From Bugula neritina (Eukaryota; Animalia; Bryozoa): DNA of 64,000 nt. A program made the translations under genes and the position numbers. The notes beneath the pieces were generated by a model that saw only the letters and a program-made list of their open reading frames with translations, ran no database searches and was not told the origin of the DNA. Location: NCBI GenBank assembly GCA_964035545.1, contig OZ037767.1:383680-447679 (forward strand), written 5' to 3'. Position 1 is the first letter of the stretch. The number at the start of each line of letters is the position of its first letter. Below are positions 56,401 to 64,000 of the stretch, piece after piece.

Positions 56401-58145
56401 TATATCAAAGAGCTCTACAGTTACTCTGTATATCACACAGAGCTCTACCGTTACTCTGTATATCAAAGAGCTCTACAGTTACTCTGTATATCACACAGAG
56501 CTTTACCGTTACTCTGTATATCACAGAGCTCTACAGTTACTCTGTATATCACAGAGCTCTACAGTTACCCTGTATATCACAGAGCTCTACAGTTACTCTG
56601 TATATCACACAGAGCTCTACAATTGACCTGGAATGAAGAAGACATACTTGTACATCCTGCTGTGACGCTCTAACGGGCCGGTGGTTGGCAGGAAGAGAGA
56701 CATAACCTCAAACGCGTCATTCATGGAGTTGTCAAACGGACAGATATATGGTTTGAACTTGTCCAGTATCTCCTGGGTGGCTTCCACTGGGAAATACCTA
56801 ACAAAACGGGAAATACCTAATAAAACGGGAAATACCTAATAAAACGGGGAAATATAGTGTTGAAAATAGGAATTTTAAGGAAATAAAGATGTAATAGAAA
56901 TGTTGAGCTGCAACTAGTAGTTTGGAGACTAATACTGTTTACTTACACTCTGCATTGCTTTATAAAATTCATCACCATATTCTCTGCATATCTAAAATAT
57001 AGAGAACAGTTAGTCACCTACTAGTGAGTAGTTACTAGTGAGTAGTTACTAGTGAATAGTTAGCAGTGAGTAGTTAGCAGTGAGTAGTTAGCAGTGAGTA
57101 GTTACTAGTGAGTAGTTACTGGTGAGTAGTTACTAGTGAGTAGCTACTAGTGAGTAGTTACTAGTGAGTAGTTACTAGTGAATAGTTAGCAGTGAGTAGT
57201 TAGCAGTGAGTAGTTACTAGTGAGTAGTTACTGGTGAGTAGTTACTAGTGAGTAGCTACTAGTAAGTAGTTACTAGTGAGTAGTTACTAGTAACTAGTTA
57301 AAAGCAAACCTCAATACGTCTTGCAACAAGTGCCTCACTGGCTGTCAGAGAGAAAGAAACATTGGATAGTCGCATTCTTTACATAATATGCACTTACGGT
57401 GGGATAAACCTACGCCCGTGACTGTCATCTTTGTTGTTGAGGAGCTCATGCCACAAGTCATACACTGGTTTCCAGGGAAGACTCAAGTCATCAGGAGATA
57501 ACAACTTCTTCTTTCTGTTGACATACAACGCGTGTTTATATATCATATTATATATTATATAAAACGTAAATATAAGTACTAGTGTAAGTACTAGAGTAAG
57601 TACTAGGTTGAACTTACTGAAGCAGTTTGTTGAAGACTGATATAAAGATGTAAGTAACAGAACACTCTTGATCAGGAGTTACTATCAGTTGAAATAGAAG
57701 TTTCACCAAATCTATATGTTCCTGTTTTGTGAATCTCAGACTATATATCTTGATATATCTGAAACATAGACCTCAGGCTATATATCTGAAACATGACAAT
57801 AAAACAAATAAAAGAGTCAATTTTAAAAGCATAAAAGTCAATTATTTTCAAATCATCAAAGAAAGAGAGAACTGGCAAAAGGCTTTATTAATATCTAGTG
57901 AGTTACCTCTGAAGCTGTGACGCCCAATATCTTGCACCTTGTTTGATGTCAAGCAGCAAAACTGCAGAGGAAAGACGATTCTTGATGAGCTGGAAATAGC
58001 TGTCGGCATCAGCGTTCAACTTGTCTATAGGTATCGGCAGCAGATTCAGATACCTGCTGGCTTTTTGAAAACCATCCTGCGTCTGATCTAAGTTGCTGTC
58101 ACTAGCCTTCTCCTCAGTATCCATATTAACATCCTCACATTCCAT
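43026..58145 (-). CDS. PSME4: Proteasome activator complex subunit 4 (PA200/Blm10), complete, more than 30 exons
   Basis: [83 protein letters not shown] and the C-terminal HbYX-type SPSYYA*. Confidence 0.97.
44375..44537. repeat. Polypurine (GA/GGA) tract in a PSME4 intron
   Basis: About 160 nt almost purely G/A on the + strand. Confidence 0.9.
46910..47745. repeat. 20-bp intronic minisatellite (CACTACTAACTACRTGTATA), about 41 copies
   Basis: Direct reading; fills almost a whole PSME4 intron. Confidence 0.95.
55205..55752. repeat. 11-bp intronic minisatellite (CTGTAGTGAYA)
   Basis: Direct reading; starts just after the PSME4 donor at about 55763. Confidence 0.92.
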
Positions 58146-59002
58146 ACTTCAATGAGTTCTTTGGACACGGGAGTAAAATCTATCTACCTATAACCATAAG
58201 TATTCATATACTCATTATTTTTCTAGCAAAATCTCCCTTAAGAAATATTCAAATAACTTTGAGCATTTTGAAGATTGAAAGTTTTTAATTTGAAAAACTG
58301 AAACTAATAAATACCAATGAACATAAAACCTAAACTTCGCATAAACTGTGGATTAGTAAATTTTAAACTAGGGTAAGGTCTTAGTTAACAAGTAAGCGTG
58401 AAACTTATAAACTTAAAGTTATACTTATTGTTAAACTAAGAGTAGCTGGCGCTACTCAGCAATAGTTTGAGTTAGTTACTGCTAGTGCTAGTAGTAGTAC
58501 TATAAGTATAAACATTAGACTTAGCAATACTACTACTACTAGACACTAGTTATAGTATAACTTATACTATTACATTTAGTTTTACTATTACTATTAGTAT
58601 TAGTATTACTATTACTAATACTCTTAGACTTTGTCTCAATTCTCAGACTGAGACTTACTCCTAAGAGTAAGTCCTATCAGCTATCCAGCTCAGTAAAAAC
58701 TGAAATATTAATTGAAATAAAATGCATAAAATGTATGCTCAAAAACGTTACATCATTGTTTAAGCATATTGCATAGTCACAAGGTAAAGATTAGCATGGG
58801 AGTTATATTGTGTTCTTTTTTTCAAAATTGCTGATGCACAGCTTTGCTGAATTATAGTTAAAGAATTAGATAACCTTAACCTTTACTTTAACTATGTATG
58901 CAGTTTTTCCTAATATTTCCGGTGAATTTGCAAGCCTCTATGCTATTAGTCAAGTCAGGCTATACCCAGCGAAGCGTTTTAATTGGTCAGAGGTTTCCAA
59001 GT

Positions 59003-60841
59003 ATGGCCACCAATGTACACAGTTTTGATTTTGAAGTTCATGGCAAAGTTCAAGGTACAACTAATGCTTTGTTCACTGGTTCAATTAAACTTGACAGCAT
59101 TTATTTTTGTAAAATAAGTTGTAAGACAAAATGTGGCATTTATTATTTAAGTTTTATCAATGTGTTGTTTTGCCAAACGTGGTACTTGAAAAACATGTTT
59201 CTTTTTTCAGTGATTTCCTTTTAGTTTTAATTTTATAATAATAATAATTATTATAATATTGATAATAATAATAAAAGTATCAATGTGAATATAAGTATTG
59301 ATGTGATTACGATGTACTTTGGTTTTTATATTAGTAATATATTTATTGATTGCATCAGAACTTCAATTAAAAATAATAGCAATAAATATAATTTTTTTTA
59401 AAATTATAAATATTTTTATAATATTAATATTAATAGAGTTGGACTTGGGCATGAATGTGAATGTAAGCCTAATATTGTAAATGTAATACCAAGAGTAGTA
59501 TAATAATATCAATATAAATATGAATACTCACATCATCAAACATTGAGTTTAACATATTGCCTATTGGCTATTACTATTACTAATAGTATTTCTAGAACAT
59601 TGAATTTAATTTCTAGTGTAAATAAAATCTTTTGCCATAGTGGTTGTCCCATAGTCTATCAAAAAATGTAAATATGAGGTTGAGTAAGCGTGAGAATAAG
59701 ACTGGGTGTTAGGATCTGACTTACTCAGCAATTCAGGATTAAAATAAAGTTAAAAGGAATTTCAATTGATCAAAATAATACTCACAACAAACATAATATT
59801 TCTAATTTTTGCTTTTAAAATTAGTAAGGATAGCTATAGAAGTGTCGAAAATTCAAATATTAATATTAGCATATATGCCAATATAATTTTGTGAATATCT
59901 ATATATAACATTCAATTATAATAATGACAACAGTACTTCATGATTATGGTATTGTTCAATTTTAGTTACTCGTTAAGTTTGTCTTTGATTTAGGGTTTTG
60001 TATAACAATTTTTTTATTAATAATCATATTTTGCTTATATGTCATAATTTAATGTAACCGCGCCCATTTAGCTTTTCATGCCAAGTTATTTTAGTATTAA
60101 TATTTTAATATTTTAGGTGTGTTCTTTCGCAGGGTAAGTAAATTAATAAATTATCACTGTAATTTTTCAACTTTAAAATAAGTGTGTTTACTTTTAACAG
60201 CTTTAATTAGATATGAATTTTTCTACCCTTTCTGTGTCTGTTTTGTTACTCAATGTTTTTCCCAGAAGTTTGATTTTAATGTTCATATAATACTCAGCAT
60301 GTGCTGTGTATGTAGTTGCTATGTTGGTAGGATACTACACTGTGTATGTAGTTGCTATGTTGGTAGGATACTACAGTGTGTATGTAGTTGCTATGTTGGT
60401 AGGATACTACAGTGTGTATGTAGTTGCTATGTTGGTAGGATACTACACTGTGTATGTAGTTGCTATGTTGGTAGGATACTACTGTGTGTATGTAGTTGCT
60501 ATGTTGGTAGGATACTAAAAGGGAGGCGGACAGACTCCATCTTCATGGATGGGTAATGAACACAGAGAAGGGAACAGTAGTTGGTACAGCCCAGGGTTCA
60601 ACTAGCTCTCTCCGGCAATTGTAAGTAACTCTGCCTTCTATTAATATCTAGTTATTAATTTGTCAATTGATTTTTAGCTTTATCTAAGAGTTGTGATGTG
60701 AGCTGTAACATTTCTTATCACAACAGGAAACAGTGGTTGTCTAAAGTAGGAAGTAAGAAATCACGGATATCAAAATGTGACATTGCTAATGAAAGAAGTC
60801 TGTCTCAGCTGGAATTTTCAGAGTTTACAATTAAAAGATGA
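59003..60841 (+). CDS. ACYP2: Acylphosphatase (exons 59003-59054, 60117-60133, 60511-60620, 60728-60841)
   Basis: SFDFEVHGKVQGVFFRRDTKREA..LHGWVMNTEKGTVVGTAQG...WLSKVGSKKSRI...FSEFTIKR*; catalytic Arg (VQGVFFR) and Asn (GWVMN) intact. ACYP2 label rests on gene neighbourhood. Confidence 0.9.
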
Positions 60842-61554
60842 TGTAACTTATGAGCTTTGAGTAGGCGATTTACTAGCATCATACATAGACATACATCACC
60901 TAGCAGCTGAGTATGTCACCTAGCAGCTGAGTATGTCACCTAGCAACTGACTATGTCACCTAGCAACTGACTAGATCGCCTAGCAACTGACTAGATTACC
61001 TGGCAACTTGCTATGTTATCTGGCTACTGAATGTATAGTTAAAAAGTGTTGTTATAACTCATTCTTTATTTTTCATTATTGTAAATATGTTTGGTTTTGT
61101 ATAAATATATTTGATTTATTCAAAATTTAATGAAACAAATTGATTTTGTGTGTGTTTTTTTTCTTTAAAATGATACAATATGGAGTCAAAATATTTTACA
61201 ACTAAAGTATTTTGTTGTAAACTTATTTGTATATCAGAACGTGAACGGATATATGCACTGGTAAAACACTTCAATGGAATCTAGAGTTAAAATATATAAT
61301 ATACATTCAGTTTATGACAATGTTGTAAATAATAATATACTATGTCAAACTTGACCCATAGGCAGGTGGTATCACTGATGTTAGATTAGATGCACTTATA
61401 CCATGCCAGGTTTGGTATACATTGGCAAGTGGTTGTAGTTGTAACCACTTATACCATGCCAGGTTTGGCATACATTGGCAAGTGGTTGTAGTTGTAACCA
61501 CTTATACCATGCCAGGTTTGGCATACATTGGCAAGTGGTTGTAGTTGTAACCAC

Positions 61555-64000
61555 TTATACCATGCCAGGTTTGGCATACATTGGCAAGTGGTTGTAGTTG
61601 TAACTAATAAAGCTGAGTAGTCTTGTTTCCACAGCTCGTTTAACCGACGAATCAGCATAGATCTCATGGAGGTTCTTTCTATCGCCGTCACTCAATTGAA
61701 GGTCCTCGTTGATGAGTTCTCTCACTTTATCTTCCAGAGCTCTCACATCTGGTGCCTGTAAAGGTAATAATGTGTGTCACATGCTGGGCTGTTCATTCAG
61801 AGTGAACTTATCTGTAAACTAGTGAAACGACCTGCTGACTCACCGGTTTGTTGACCAGCAGCTCTCTCACCTCGTCTCTGAAATCTGAGAACCTGTCGTG
61901 GTAGATGGCCAACGACCAAGCTTCTCTGAAGTAGCTGTAACAGTAATTATATCTGATGTGACAACATAAAGCAAGGCGAAGCTGGGATGTAATTCTAAGA
62001 GTTATCTTCTTTTATTAAACATTAAAATGATTTTCTATCTAACCTATAAAAGTCTTTGATGAGTCCTTCCTTGTATCTTTGCATGAGGTTATTAAGGAAC
62101 CGTTGGTGTATGCCATACAGACAGAGCAGATTTGACACCTCTACTTCCTGTTACAGAAACACCAAAGATGAGTTGAGACACTATTATACTTACTCCATAA
62201 AGCTAGATTATACTGAATGGCGCAGCACTAATTTCAGTATTAGATATAGTGACTGGCTCAGCCCTATTATAGTGACTCTGACCTTTTTAGAGAGGCAGGT
62301 GATTGTCTCCACTGTGTTGTAGACGTTGAAGTGTAATCTGAAGAAGCTTTCCACGTAGGGGCCTTCTGCAGATTTCCCCACAGGCTCTCCAGTTGACAAG
62401 ACGGAGCCGTAGTCCGGGTTCATCATGTGGATGGCCAGCGGGACGTCTAAGGACGGTTTACCAACTTGGAGGTAGTGGAGATCCCCTGAATGCATGCATA
62501 TAAATTTAACTGAGAGTAATCCCCCTTGTACTGACGCAGGATATTCATATCTGGAGGTAATTCCCCTTGTACTAAAGCATATAATTAATTCATACCAGGG
62601 AGTAATCCCCCTTGTACTTTGGGAGACTGATAGAGTGGTATAAGTTTGAGTGGATCTTCATTCACCGCAGATATTGGCTCCAGAGTTGGATCAAACAGGG
62701 TCAGCATCACTGATGCAAGCTGCAATAAGTTAACACATTTTACAAGTCTTTAAACAGAACCAATATTCCTCTTCTGTATTCTGCTGTTAGATTAACTTGT
62801 GCAGTTAGAGTTGTGCTGGACTGACTGGCCACTTACTTCTATGCCGATCTCTTTGCTGTTGAAGTTCTTATGAGTCCAAGGCTCAGCGTGATATCTCCTT
62901 TGGTATTTAGTAACGGGACCAGCTGACCTGATGGAGATGTCATTGGTGTGGAAGGTAGAGTCTATGACCAGCTTCCCATCAAATACCAGACAAGCATCGT
63001 TGACAGCCTTGAAGGCGTTCAAGTCAACTCTCTTTGTGGTGTAGCTGAACAAGGCCTGCACGTCCAGACATAACACATCAACTAACAATGGTTAGTATTG
63101 ATTGGCTAACTTTTAGGAGCAAGGTGTATAGAAAGACAAACATTCTTTATTTCATTTTAACGTTGATTTCTCTTATTGGAGTTATATTTTTATCATCTGA
63201 CCAACACAAAACAAGCGAAGAGCAAAGTTAAACTAAAATGATATAAAATATATCCAAATGCTGCAACTAATACTGCAAGTACACAGTTGAATAACTCACA
63301 GAACAAGGTGAAGAGAAGGTGCCCTCTGGTGTGAGGAAAGTGACATCGGTGATGTTATTATTGTCATCAAGCTGCCAGTCAGCCAGTACGGCTCCATCTT
63401 GGATAGTTATACCATGTTCCTCTGTCAAGGCAGCTGTGACAGCAGCTTCAACCACCGGGTTGTTGAAACAAGAAGGCTGCCAGATAATACGTTAGAGGAT
63501 TAGGCAATGCAGGTCATCAAATTGACAACAAAATACAGAGAAACAGCGTGTATTATGCTGAGTGGGTGAGTGAGTGAGTGAGTGAGTGAGTCGGTGAGTG
63601 AGTGAGTGAGTGAGTGAGTGAGTGAATGAGTGAATGAGTGAGTGAGGTATAAGTTTCTATCACCAGCTAATGGAGCAGCAGCTAATGGAGCAGCTGCATA
63701 GTTTGAGTAGCTGAGTACTCACCCCTTGTTCTGGTAGTCTCACCAATACTATACTCGAAGGTGGAACTCCAACTTGTATGAGAGCCTGGATGGTAGTATA
63801 GGCTCTGAGACAATCTCCGTGGACTATTACTTTACCTACGACCACATGTAACGTATTAGTCAGTTTTACCTGCGGTTGCTAGAGTAACCCAAGCTATGTC
63901 ATCAGCTCACATTGCAGTGAAGCTGAAACTGCACTCAACAGTACCTTATAGTAACATATACATTATATAGTAACATATATATATTATAGCAACATATATA
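61555..64000 (-). CDS. CFAP61: Cilia- and flagella-associated protein 61, 3' part (continues beyond the window)
   Basis: AFKAVNDACLVFDGKLVIDSTFHTND...AGPVTKYQRRY, LPGDLHYL, LYGIHQRFLNNL, YFREAWSLAIYHDRFSDFR and the C-terminus YNYNHLPMYAKPGMV*. Confidence 0.92.

Noticed and set aside
63557-63646. (GAGT)n containing GTGAGT donor motifs
   Set aside because: An ordinary tetranucleotide microsatellite, antisense to CFAP61.
1-64000. Autonomous transposon, Introner family or viral insertion behind the repeats
   Set aside because: No transposase or RT ORF, terminal inverted repeats, or shared unit sequence between introns was seen.

Overview
AT-rich, gene-dense, intron-containing animal (invertebrate-like) nuclear DNA, not prokaryotic; the taxon cannot be fixed from the sequence. 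Almost all long ORFs in the supplied track are artefacts of tandem repeats. By splicing exons by eye I recover ten genes: MRPL33 (3' end, +), a CXorf65-like gene (+), FRG1 (-), a BTB-BACK (BTBD17-like) gene (+), NAA20 (-, with a U12-type intron), AF10/MLLT10-like (+), an LRRC74-like LRR gene (+), PSME4/PA200 (-), acylphosphatase (+) and CFAP61 (3' part, -). The dominant unusual signal is that most introns carry their own private minisatellite, and many arrays are tandem duplications of a functional site itself: exon end plus GT donor, AG acceptor plus exon start, the stop codon, or an RFX X-box/E-box-like motif. This builds ladders of up to about 21 near-identical splice sites, one of which stays in frame. 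The head-to-head PSME4-ACYP pair also appears to match the human arrangement. Gene identities rest on recalled protein motifs, not database searches, and coordinates were counted by hand.
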